Assembly (NCBI GenBank): GCA_905215365.1
Contig: CAJMPX010000002.1
Location: 79,801-143,800, forward strand
Direction: 5' to 3'
DNA from: an uncultured bacterium
GTDB taxonomy: Bacteria > Actinomycetota > Coriobacteriia > Coriobacteriales > Coriobacteriaceae
Length of the DNA stretch: 64,000 bases
Shown here piece after piece: positions 18,164 to 26,374 of this stretch. Numbering within the stretch: position 1 is the stretch's first letter; every line of letters begins with the position of its first letter. Under the pieces are notes generated by a model. It worked only from the letters and a program-made list of their open reading frames with translations. It was not told the DNA's origin and ran no database searches. The position numbers and the translations under genes are program-made.

Positions 18164-20872
18164 ATGCCCAAGATCGATGTAGAAGAACAGCTCAAGCTGC
18201 GTTTTTTGCAGCCGTTGCCCGCATGTATGCTGCGCCGTGTGGTGATTTGGCACGATGCGGACGGCGAGTTTGCTCCTGAGTTTGAGCGATTGGCTGCCGA
18301 GGGTTTCGACGGCGCGGGGGCCGATGACGGCGTTATGCCCGCTCACGGTGACTTTGAGCGCCCAGTGCGCTTTGTTGAGGCCTGCGAGGGCCACATGTTT
18401 GCCGTTAAGAAGCTCATCAACCGCGATGACCTTGCGAGCGATATCTTGCTGTATCGCCGTTGCCCGCGCGGCAGGCTTGAGGGTGATTGGCTTGCCGATG
18501 TTGAGCTGTATGCAGATCAGTTCCAGGCTGACTATCTTTCGCTTTTGGCCGATCAGCTGGGCATCGAGAATATCGACGCCGTGCGCGAGAGCCTGCGCGA
18601 GCACAAGACGTTCTTTGATGCCAAGACCCGTTGCGCTAAGTTTGCCGCGTGTGTTCCGCATGCCTCGGGTGCATCCGATATCGAACTCGGCACCCTTACG
18701 GTGATTTTTGGCGGTAAAGAGCTTGGCGACGCGCGCCCCGCGTTTGTGCTGCGCGGCTGTATGACCACGCTGCTGCACGAGGGCCCCGAAGCGCTGGCCG
18801 AGTTGGTGGACAAGTACTGCGTGCGCGATGTCCTCTCTGCCTTCATTGTACGTTGCTATGGGTTTGAGGGGCCGCTGTATGAGCGTGATTCGCTGCTTGC
18901 GCTGGCATCCCATATGCTCATCACGGCGTCATCCACCGCGCTTCCCGAGGGAGCGCTCAAGGGACTCGAAAGCTATGTGGCTCCCGCCTACGGACCCTAT
19001 TGCCTTGAGGCAGTGCGTACGTGGGACCAGACTGCTGATGCTCAGGCGTCGATCGAGGATTTATTTGAGATCTGCCGTTTGGTGGAGGATGCTCGCGGGC
19101 TCTTTGCGCGGTTTGAGGCTCTGCCGATCGATGTGCTAGCCTCGCTTGATGTGTTCCCGTGCGTCAATGAGGCCGTGCTCTCGCAGCTGTTCAGCTCGTT
19201 TGCTCAGGGTGCGGACCGTGTTGAGGACGCGCGCACTTTTGCGTCGCGTCGCTGCGACCTGAGCTGGTACCGCCGTGTCAAGAGCTACTTTGACCTGCTT
19301 GTCGCTGTGGCCGATATGTGTGCGTTTAGGCAGGCGCATGCGGGCGGGTTCCATCTGGCGCAGCCCCAGCAGGTGTGGGATGCCTACACGTCCGATTGGT
19401 ATGCCATGGACGCTGCCTATCGCCATGTGTGCACCGCGTATCTGCGGGCGCGTTCCGTCGAGTGCGATGTGCTCGAGGAGCCTGCCCGAGCTGTGGTGGA
19501 CTGGGCGGAGAATCTTTACAGTAACTGGTTCTTGGCCGATGCCAATGCCTGCTGGACATCGGCTGCGCAAGGGGAGTGGGCCGATTGCGGCTACATCGAG
19601 GGTCCCGAACGGCAGGATGAGTTCTACTGGCACGTGCTGCCCACCTTTGTGGGCTCTGCCAAAACGACGATCGTCATCGTGAGCGATGCGCTGCGCTATG
19701 AGGTTGGCCGCGATGTTGCGACGCTGCTCGAGCGCGAGCGCGGCGGCAACGTCAAGGTCTCTAGCATGCAGGCGGTCTTTCCCTCCATTACCGAGGTGGG
19801 TATGCCCGCGCTGATGCCGCACCAAGCGCTTAAACTTGCAGCGGATGGCTCGTTTGTGCTGGCTGACGGCATGCCCACTGCGACGACTCCGCAGCGCGAG
19901 GCCGTGCTTACCCACGTTGAGCCCACGGCCCGCGCTTTGCGCTCGAGCACATACCTCAACATGGCAGGAACCGAGCGCAAGGCGCTGCTCAAAGACTCCA
20001 AGCTCGTTTATCTCTACCACAACAAGATCGATGCCACGGGCGAGAAGGCCGCTACGCAGGATGACGTTTTCGATGCCTGCGCGGATACCGTGGAGGAACT
20101 TGCCGCGTTGGCGCGGCGCGTGTGCACCGACGCCCCGGGCGCGCGTGTTGTTATAACGGCGGATCACGGCTTTATCTACACACGTCGGGAGCTCAACGAG
20201 TGCCAGATGCTCGGCAAGCCAGACCTTCCCTTCCTTGACGCTCCCGTCATGCACGGCAAGCGTCATCTTGTGGTGCCCAACGAGGCCGTGGCTAGGCTTT
20301 CGGACGAGGCACGCGGGGTGTTTGTTAATGTTGACATGGGACGTTTGGGTGCCGGCTTTGAGGGGTTTGCCCCGCGCGAGAACGTGCACTTTAAGCGTCC
20401 CGGCGGCACTAACAACTACGTACACGGCGGCATGAGCCTGCAGGAGCTTTGCGTGCCCGTTATCGGATTTTGGCGTGCGCGCTCGGGTTCCAAGGACTTT
20501 GTCGATACGCGCGCGGCGACGCTGCGCGTACTGAGTGAGGGGCGTCGAGTGACCAACTCGCTCTTCTCGGTCAACTTGATCCAGGAAGAACCCGCCCAAG
20601 GCAAGGTCTTGCCGTGCGAGTACGAGCTGGTGTTTACCGATGCAAGCGGCAACGAGGTGAGCGATACGGTTAAGGCGCATGCCAACAAGACTTCTGTTAA
20701 CTCGCAGGAGCGCGTTGTGCATGCCAAGTTTGCGTTGCGTGCGGCGGATGGATTCTCGGCCAAGGGTCCGTACTATCTGGTCTGCCGTGAGCGCGAGACG
20801 GGCAAGATCGTTTGGCGCGAGACGTACACCATCGCTGTTTCGTTTGCCCCTGTTGCTGACTTTGGTTTTTAG
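18164..20872 (+). CDS. pglZ: BREX alkaline-phosphatase-fold protein PglZ
   Basis: VSDALRYE, PSITEVGM, YHNKID, TADHGF and YVHGGMSLQE motifs. Confidence 0.95.
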   Translation: MPKIDVEEQLKLRFLQPLPACMLRRVVIWHDADGEFAPEFERLAAEGFDGAGADDGVMPAHGDFERPVRFVEACEGHMFAVKKLINRDDLASDILLYRRCPRGRLEGDWLADVELYADQFQADYLSLLADQLGIENIDAVRESLREHKTFFDAKTRCAKFAACVPHASGASDIELGTLTVIFGGKELGDARPAFVLRGCMTTLLHEGPEALAELVDKYCVRDVLSAFIVRCYGFEGPLYERDSLLALASHMLITASSTALPEGALKGLESYVAPAYGPYCLEAVRTWDQTADAQASIEDLFEICRLVEDARGLFARFEALPIDVLASLDVFPCVNEAVLSQLFSSFAQGADRVEDARTFASRRCDLSWYRRVKSYFDLLVAVADMCAFRQAHAGGFHLAQPQQVWDAYTSDWYAMDAAYRHVCTAYLRARSVECDVLEEPARAVVDWAENLYSNWFLADANACWTSAAQGEWADCGYIEGPERQDEFYWHVLPTFVGSAKTTIVIVSDALRYEVGRDVATLLERERGGNVKVSSMQAVFPSITEVGMPALMPHQALKLAADGSFVLADGMPTATTPQREAVLTHVEPTARALRSSTYLNMAGTERKALLKDSKLVYLYHNKIDATGEKAATQDDVFDACADTVEELAALARRVCTDAPGARVVITADHGFIYTRRELNECQMLGKPDLPFLDAPVMHGKRHLVVPNEAVARLSDEARGVFVNVDMGRLGAGFEGFAPRENVHFKRPGGTNNYVHGGMSLQELCVPVIGFWRARSGSKDFVDTRAATLRVLSEGRRVTNSLFSVNLIQEEPAQGKVLPCEYELVFTDASGNEVSDTVKAHANKTSVNSQERVVHAKFALRAADGFSAKGPYYLVCRERETGKIVWRETYTIAVSFAPVADFGF

Positions 20873-20883
20873 GAGTGTGCCCT

Positions 20884-23214
20884 ATGTTTGATAGTCACGA
20901 CGACGATCTGTGGGAAGTTCCCTCGATTGATGTGAATGTGCCGGTGGAGGCTGTGCCCGCGGTGGAGGCTGTGCCTGTCCCAGAGGCCGTGGCTGCTGCG
21001 CCCGTCGAGGCTGTGGCGCCTGCCGAGGACGAGCCCTCGACCGATGACTATGTCCAGGCCGTGGCCGAGGCTCCCGAGGACAACGGTTACGACATGGATG
21101 GACTGGACGGCAAGCTGCTCGAGCACTTTGGTGGCAAAATCGTGCGCAAGGACCTCACGGCCCTTATGAAGCGTGGTGCCAACGTGCCCACCTTTGTGCT
21201 GGAGTACCTGCTGGGCATGTGCTGCTCAACCGATGACGAGGACGCCGTGGCGGAGGGCCTGGAGCGCATCCGCAAGATCCTCACCGATAACTACGTGCGT
21301 CCCGACGAGTCCGAGCGCATCAAGTCCAAGATTCGCGAGCTGGGTCGCTTTACCATTATCGATAAGGTGACGGCCAAGCTCGACGAATACAAAGACATCT
21401 ACGTGGCGTCGTTTGCCAATCTGACTATTGAGCCGTTTGTGATGCCGGCCGAGTACGTGCGTGACTATTCCAAGATTCTCCAGGGTGGTATTTGGTGCAT
21501 TATGAGCATCGAGTACCGTCATCCCATGGAAGAGGAAGACGAGTTTGGCATGGAGGTCTTTGGCGACGATGCGCCGCGCCGCTCCAAGGCCAAGCGCAAA
21601 AAGCGCGGGCCCGAGGACTCTCCGTTTAGCGTGGCGTCGCTCACGCCTATCCAGATGCCCAACCTGGACCTGGACGCCATGATCGAGGAGCGTCAGTATT
21701 TCTCGCGCGACGAGTGGTTCAATATGCTGCTGCGCTCTGCCGGCTATGAGCCCAGCGAGCTTTCGGAGAAGGAGCGCCTGCACTTTATCGAGCGCATGGT
21801 GCCGCTGATCGAGCGCAACTACAATCTGTGCGAGCTTGGTCCCCGTGGCACCGGCAAGAGCCATATCTACAAAGAGGTTTCGCCCTACGCCATTTTGCTT
21901 TCGGGCGGGCAGACCACCACGGCCAACCTGTTCGGCCGTATGAACTCCATGCGCGCCGATCGCGTGGGCTTGGTGGGTCACTGGGACTGCGTGACGTTCG
22001 ACGAGGTCGCCGGCATGCGCTTTAAGGACACCAACGCCGTACAGATCATGAAGGACTATATGGCGAGTGGCAGCTACGCGCGCGGCCGCGACCAGATTAA
22101 CGCCGATGCCTCCATGGTCTTTGAGGGCAACATCAACGACACCGTGCAAAACGTCCTTAAGACCACGCACCTGTTTGATCCGTTCCCGCCGGAGTTTAAC
22201 AACGATTCGGCCTTTTTCGACCGTATCCACTATTACCTGCCGGGCTGGGAGATTCCCAAGATGCGCTCGAGCCTGCTGACTGGGCATTACGGCTTAATCA
22301 CCGACTGCCTGTCGGAGTTTTGCAAGGAGATGCGCCGCAAGGACTTCACGCATCATATCGACCGCTACTTTCGCTTTAACAGCGACTTTAACAAGCGTGA
22401 CGAGATTGCCGTGCGCAAGTCCTTTAGCGGCCTGGCCAAGCTGCTGTTCCCTGACGAGGCTATGGACAAGGACGACGTTCGTTGGCTGCTGGACTACGCC
22501 ATCGAGGGCCGTCGCCGCGTAAAGGAGCAGCTCAAGATTATGGCGGGCGTCGAGTTTATCGACGTCAACCTGGGCTATATGGATGCTGACAATCCGCAGG
22601 ACGTGCACGTGGTGCGCGTGCCCGAGCAGTCCGAGGATACGTTGATTCCCGATGGCCCGCTGCTGTCCGGTCACGTGTTTGGCGTGGGTAGGTCGCAGGG
22701 CGGCGAGGTTGCCGTGTACAAGCTGGAGAACAAGGCTGTCGCCGGCGAGTGCAAGTTTAAGCACGAGGGCGTTGCCTTTAACAAGCCGGTGCGCGATACA
22801 CTGGAGGCCGCGTTCGACAACTTTGTGAACCTGGCGAACCGTGTGGCGCCGGGCATGCACATTGGCTCAAAGGACTACCTGCTGTTCTATAACGACCTGC
22901 AGAGCAAGGGCCTGTCCGAAGAAGTCTCGCTTGCCGAGTTTGTGGGCCTGTGCTCCGCGGCGTGCAACCGCCCGGTGATGTCTGCGCTGGCGGTTCCGGG
23001 AATCTTGCGCATGTCGGGCTCTATGGATGAGATCCGCGGGCTCGAGGACATTATGCGCGTGGCCAAAAACGCCGGCGCCAAGCGCGTGATATTGCCGCTG
23101 AGCGCCATCGCGGGCCTGCAGAGCGTTTCCTCCGAGATTATCTCGGGACTGAGCCCGGTGTTCTACATGGATGGCGACCCGGTCGATGCCGCGAAGAAGG
23201 CGTTGGATCTATAG
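20884..23214 (+). CDS. brxL: BREX Lon-related AAA+ protein BrxL
   Basis: GKIVRKDL, NVPTFVLEYLLG, ELGPRGTGKSH, FDEV and a C-terminal Lon-like domain; start is ATG 20884 or GTG 20875. Confidence 0.95.
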   Translation: MFDSHDDDLWEVPSIDVNVPVEAVPAVEAVPVPEAVAAAPVEAVAPAEDEPSTDDYVQAVAEAPEDNGYDMDGLDGKLLEHFGGKIVRKDLTALMKRGANVPTFVLEYLLGMCCSTDDEDAVAEGLERIRKILTDNYVRPDESERIKSKIRELGRFTIIDKVTAKLDEYKDIYVASFANLTIEPFVMPAEYVRDYSKILQGGIWCIMSIEYRHPMEEEDEFGMEVFGDDAPRRSKAKRKKRGPEDSPFSVASLTPIQMPNLDLDAMIEERQYFSRDEWFNMLLRSAGYEPSELSEKERLHFIERMVPLIERNYNLCELGPRGTGKSHIYKEVSPYAILLSGGQTTTANLFGRMNSMRADRVGLVGHWDCVTFDEVAGMRFKDTNAVQIMKDYMASGSYARGRDQINADASMVFEGNINDTVQNVLKTTHLFDPFPPEFNNDSAFFDRIHYYLPGWEIPKMRSSLLTGHYGLITDCLSEFCKEMRRKDFTHHIDRYFRFNSDFNKRDEIAVRKSFSGLAKLLFPDEAMDKDDVRWLLDYAIEGRRRVKEQLKIMAGVEFIDVNLGYMDADNPQDVHVVRVPEQSEDTLIPDGPLLSGHVFGVGRSQGGEVAVYKLENKAVAGECKFKHEGVAFNKPVRDTLEAAFDNFVNLANRVAPGMHIGSKDYLLFYNDLQSKGLSEEVSLAEFVGLCSAACNRPVMSALAVPGILRMSGSMDEIRGLEDIMRVAKNAGAKRVILPLSAIAGLQSVSSEIISGLSPVFYMDGDPVDAAKKALDL

Positions 23215-23333
23215 GGATGCGAGCGTGCGGGCTTGCGTGCGTGGCGTTTGGCGCGCGTGAGTCCGCGGGTGCCCGCGAGTGCCCGCGTGAGCCCGCGGGC
23301 GTGTTGGCGCGTCGCGCGTGAGGAGGCCTTGCC

Positions 23334-24686
23334 ATGGCGGAAGAGCATTCTGTTGGCGAGTTGCTCGATGAGCTGTTTGGCTTTGAGTCGGTAGCCAAGC
23401 GTCAGACGGCGCTTGAGCAGTACGATCGCGGGGAGTTGTTGCGCAAGGCGCGCCCCCGCGAGCTGCTGGCCGTGATCGGGGGCGTCGAGGCTGCCGAGCG
23501 TGCTGCGCGTGAGTCTGCCGTGCGGGCCGTTGACGGGTATGTACGCCGCGTTGAATTTGATTCTCTTGCGCGCGCTCGCAAGCAGGTAGGCGTTGTGGGC
23601 CCGTTGCAGATGGAGCGGCGCTACGCTGCCTTTTTGCGTATGGAGGACAAGGCCGAACTGTTGGCCCGCTTGGAGCAGACGCTTGCGTTTATCGAGGTAA
23701 AGCTGCGTGCCAATACGGCGGACAGGGTTCGTGCGGCATACGATGCTGCGGGGGCTTTGGTGTTGCAGGGCGCGGCGCGTCTGAGTGACGCGCGCGTTGT
23801 GGATGCCGCACCCTTGGATGCCGATCTGCTATGCACGCAGCTGGAGCAGCTGCGTTGCGCCGCCGATACAACGGACCTTGCCGGCATGATCACGGCGACG
23901 TTTGAGTCCGAGCTGAGTGCGACCGGGCCGCAGGGTGCTGACGCGTTTGCGAGCGATGTGGCTGGCGATGTGGCGCTGGAGCGCGAGCTTACTAATGTGC
24001 GCGGTGCTGCGCAGCGAGCGCGCTTGGCAGCCCAAGCGTATCGGGCCGAACGCGCTGCCCGCGTTGCAGGGAGCACGGTGGAGCCGGTATCGTTGCCGGG
24101 GCTTGTTTGCATTACGTGCGAGACGGGGTGCGATGCCGGGGAGCTTGCCGAGTTGCTCGCTCAGGTTAAGAAGTCGTTTGAGGCCTATAGGCGCGTTGTT
24201 ACCGACGGCGGGTTGTTCTGTGCCTTTGGTGCCGGTTCGCCGCATGGGATTTGCCGCGGCAGTAGCTATTTCGACTACGATGATCGGTTTGACGAAGACG
24301 TGTTGGTGGGCGAGTATGACGGTGCTACCAGGCACAATGTTCGGCGCGAAGTTGCGATTCCCGAGCTTGTGGACGAGGCCTCGGTCGACGGCGGCGACTC
24401 GCTCGAGGTTGCCGTGGCGCGCATGCGTGAGTTTAACGGACGGCGCTACGATGGTGTGCTGGACGAAGATCCTGCGCGCCATGTGAATGCGTTTTGGTAT
24501 GGACTCAAAAAGCTCAGCCAGTACTGCGAGGCCGCCGTGCGTGTGGACGAGCGTGCCTGGGATTGCTTTATCGATAAGGTGCAGTTTGCCTACGACGAGC
24601 CCGTGGGGCGTTTGGCCACGCAGATGGATGACAAGCAGGTTGCGGCTTTTGTTGCTGCTGTGGACGCGCTCGGTGCTAGTGAGTAG
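23334..24686 (+). CDS. Hypothetical protein (450 aa) downstream of brxL
   Basis: Long ORF with GAGGAGG RBS; no motif recognised. Confidence 0.7.
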   Translation: MAEEHSVGELLDELFGFESVAKRQTALEQYDRGELLRKARPRELLAVIGGVEAAERAARESAVRAVDGYVRRVEFDSLARARKQVGVVGPLQMERRYAAFLRMEDKAELLARLEQTLAFIEVKLRANTADRVRAAYDAAGALVLQGAARLSDARVVDAAPLDADLLCTQLEQLRCAADTTDLAGMITATFESELSATGPQGADAFASDVAGDVALERELTNVRGAAQRARLAAQAYRAERAARVAGSTVEPVSLPGLVCITCETGCDAGELAELLAQVKKSFEAYRRVVTDGGLFCAFGAGSPHGICRGSSYFDYDDRFDEDVLVGEYDGATRHNVRREVAIPELVDEASVDGGDSLEVAVARMREFNGRRYDGVLDEDPARHVNAFWYGLKKLSQYCEAAVRVDERAWDCFIDKVQFAYDEPVGRLATQMDDKQVAAFVAAVDALGASE

Positions 24687-24713
24687 GGGCCTGATCCGGT
24701 AGGGAGTTTCACC

Positions 24714-24911
24714 ATGAAGATCGATGTTGATGTTGACCAGCTGCGCGAGAGTTTGCTCGACCGCGCGGGGAGTGCAGCCGGTGTGGGCTTTCCCGCTGCC
24801 ATGCTCGACGTGGTGGATATCGAGGACGAGTCGCCCCAAGAGTTGCTAGCCCGAGCCGAGCGAGAAGGCCTCGATCTCCGCGACTTTGCTGCCGACGACG
24901 ACGCTGAATGA
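24714..24911 (+). CDS. Small acidic hypothetical protein (65 aa)
   Basis: GGGAG RBS, GC-rich coding-like codon usage. Confidence 0.65.
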   Translation: MKIDVDVDQLRESLLDRAGSAAGVGFPAAMLDVVDIEDESPQELLARAEREGLDLRDFAADDDAE

Positions 24912-24926
24912 TGGCCACCTTTGCTA

Positions 24927-24955
24927 TTGACGAACATATGTTTGTATTTTATACT
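24927..24955 (+). promoter_or_regulatory. Sigma70-type promoter overlapped by a Gram-positive LexA (SOS) box
   Basis: TTGACG(24927)-17 nt-TATACT(24950); CGAACATATGTTTG at 24931-24944 fits GAAC-N4-GTTY. Confidence 0.7.
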
Positions 24956-24981
24956 CATGCTTGAATATACGCCCAGCTTCA

Positions 24982-25053
24982 TGGTATAAATTAGGTGGTC
25001 ATCTCTTAAGAGAGGGCTTCCAAGTGCCGGGGACGTTTTCCCCGGCTTTTTTA
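24982..25053 (+). ncRNA. Putative DUF3800-associated small RNA, copy A (coordinates include its -10)
   Basis: TGgTATAAA, stem 1 (CTCT-TAAG-AGAG core), CAAG linker, GCCGGGG...CCCCGGC hairpin plus U-tract; homologous to copies B and C. Confidence 0.65.
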
Positions 25054-25066
25054 TTAAGGATTGCCC

Positions 25067-25741
25067 ATGCGAGATCTGAGTATCTTTATTGATGAATCTG
25101 GAAGCGATGATCTTCGTGAAAAATACTATCTTGTTGCCTTTGTTTTTCATGAACAAAATATTCCCATCGCTGAGGGAATAGAGAAATATGAAAGGGCGGT
25201 AGCCGATAGCGGATTGCCGCTCCTTCCGTTCCATGCTTCTCCTCTCATGAATGGAAAAGATCAGTTCAAGGACTTGGACATCAGTGAGAGAAAAAGGCTG
25301 TTTTCACTATTTCGAGTTATGTTTCGACATTTGCCCATCTCGTACAAGGTGTTTGTATTCAAGACGCATCGGTATCGAACTCTCAAACAGATCGCTGATG
25401 CGATGCGGCGTGAAATCATCGATTTCATATTCGATAATTTGAGTTGGTTTCAGCAGTTTGATGCTGTGAAGATTTACTACGACGGAGGACAGGGTTCGGT
25501 TTCGAGTGCGCTTCACAAGGCAATCGATTACGCTTTGGCTAAAAATGCAGTTATCTATAAGCCGACAACTTCATCGGATTACTATTTGGCTCAGGCTGCG
25601 GACTATATCTGTACCATTGAGTTCACGAGTCTGAAATATCAGGCGAATAAGCAGACTAATACTGACCAGAAGTTTTTTGGTGGTAGTACTGCGTTTAAAA
25701 AAGGCTTACTAAAAGAAATGAGAAAGAAGGCTGTCGTCTAA
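25067..25741 (+). CDS. DUF3800 family protein (RNase H-like fold)
   Basis: N-terminal IFIDESG, central YYDGGQ and C-terminal LAQAADY; AT-rich. Confidence 0.8.
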   Translation: MRDLSIFIDESGSDDLREKYYLVAFVFHEQNIPIAEGIEKYERAVADSGLPLLPFHASPLMNGKDQFKDLDISERKRLFSLFRVMFRHLPISYKVFVFKTHRYRTLKQIADAMRREIIDFIFDNLSWFQQFDAVKIYYDGGQGSVSSALHKAIDYALAKNAVIYKPTTSSDYYLAQAADYICTIEFTSLKYQANKQTNTDQKFFGGSTAFKKGLLKEMRKKAVV

Positions 25742-25760
25742 TGGGCAGGCCTCGTATTGC

Positions 25761-25833
25761 ATAAAAAATGCCGGAGGTAAGACCCCGGCTCTTGGAGGCC
25801 CCTCTATTCGAGGGTACCGACATCTTTATAACA
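25761..25833 (-). ncRNA. Putative DUF3800-associated small RNA, copy B
   Basis: Minus strand: TAGACC-17-TATAAA (TG extension), CCCTC-GAATA-GAGGG stem, CAAG, GCCGGGG...CTCCGGC-ATTTTTT. Confidence 0.65.
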
Positions 25834-25886
25834 GAAACCGCATGTCGGGTCTACACGAGACATTTCGCTCGATTTCCTGTTGACCT

Positions 25887-25959
25887 AAAAACAAAAATGC
25901 CGGGGGAATCCCCCGGCCCTTGACTGCCCTCCATAAAGGAGCGCAATCCATTTATACCA
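25887..25959 (-). ncRNA. Putative DUF3800-associated small RNA, copy C
   Basis: Minus strand: TGgTATAAA, GATTGC.CTCC-TTTAT-GGAG.GCAGTC stem, AAG, GCCGGGGG...CCCCCGGC-ATTTTT. Confidence 0.65.
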
Positions 25960-26161
25960 TGGTTGCGATGCGAGCGGTGGCTCATTCGGTCTTCTTTTTC
26001 CTCAGCTTCTTGCTGAAGTTCTATTTAATGTGACAAAGGGACTGCCCTTTGTCATATGGGGTGACGGGGTGTTTGTGCCCACGGCTGTGCGAAAATGCAT
26101 GATAAACTGTCGCAACGGAGTCCAACGACGTCGCGGCGGTTCTATTATGGCCACCCGCCGG

Positions 26162-26284
26162 CTAAGTGAGTAGGCTTTTTTGGAAATGCTGAGCACCCGA
26201 AGTCTTTTCTTCAACAAACCTGCAGGTCACAGACTTGTGCTTTGGTGACGTGGTCGGCGATTCGACAAAAGCCTACTCACTTAG
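26162..26284. mobile_element. 123-bp MITE-like element with 18-bp terminal inverted repeats, copy 1
   Basis: CTAAGTGAGTAGGCTTTT ... AAAAGCCTACTCACTTAG; homologue at 29254-29376. Confidence 0.6.
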
Positions 26285-26374
26285 TCTTGAGAGACACTAA
26301 CTGTCCTCAACGAGACCCCTGTCGGGGCGATTGATGCTCAAATGTAGCCAATACGGGACGGCTGTCCCTGGCCG

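Larger units (their letters stand above)
8128..25960. other. Defence island: type 1 BREX plus HEPN gene, orphan ORFs and DUF3800/sRNA module
   Basis: Contiguous defence-type genes between serC and the K+/H+ antiporter; no integrase seen; boundaries approximate. Confidence 0.75.

Noticed and set aside
24982..25959. The three sRNA-like units as a CRISPR array
   Set aside because: Not tandem identical repeats with spacers; they lie on both strands, each has its own promoter, and no cas genes are present.
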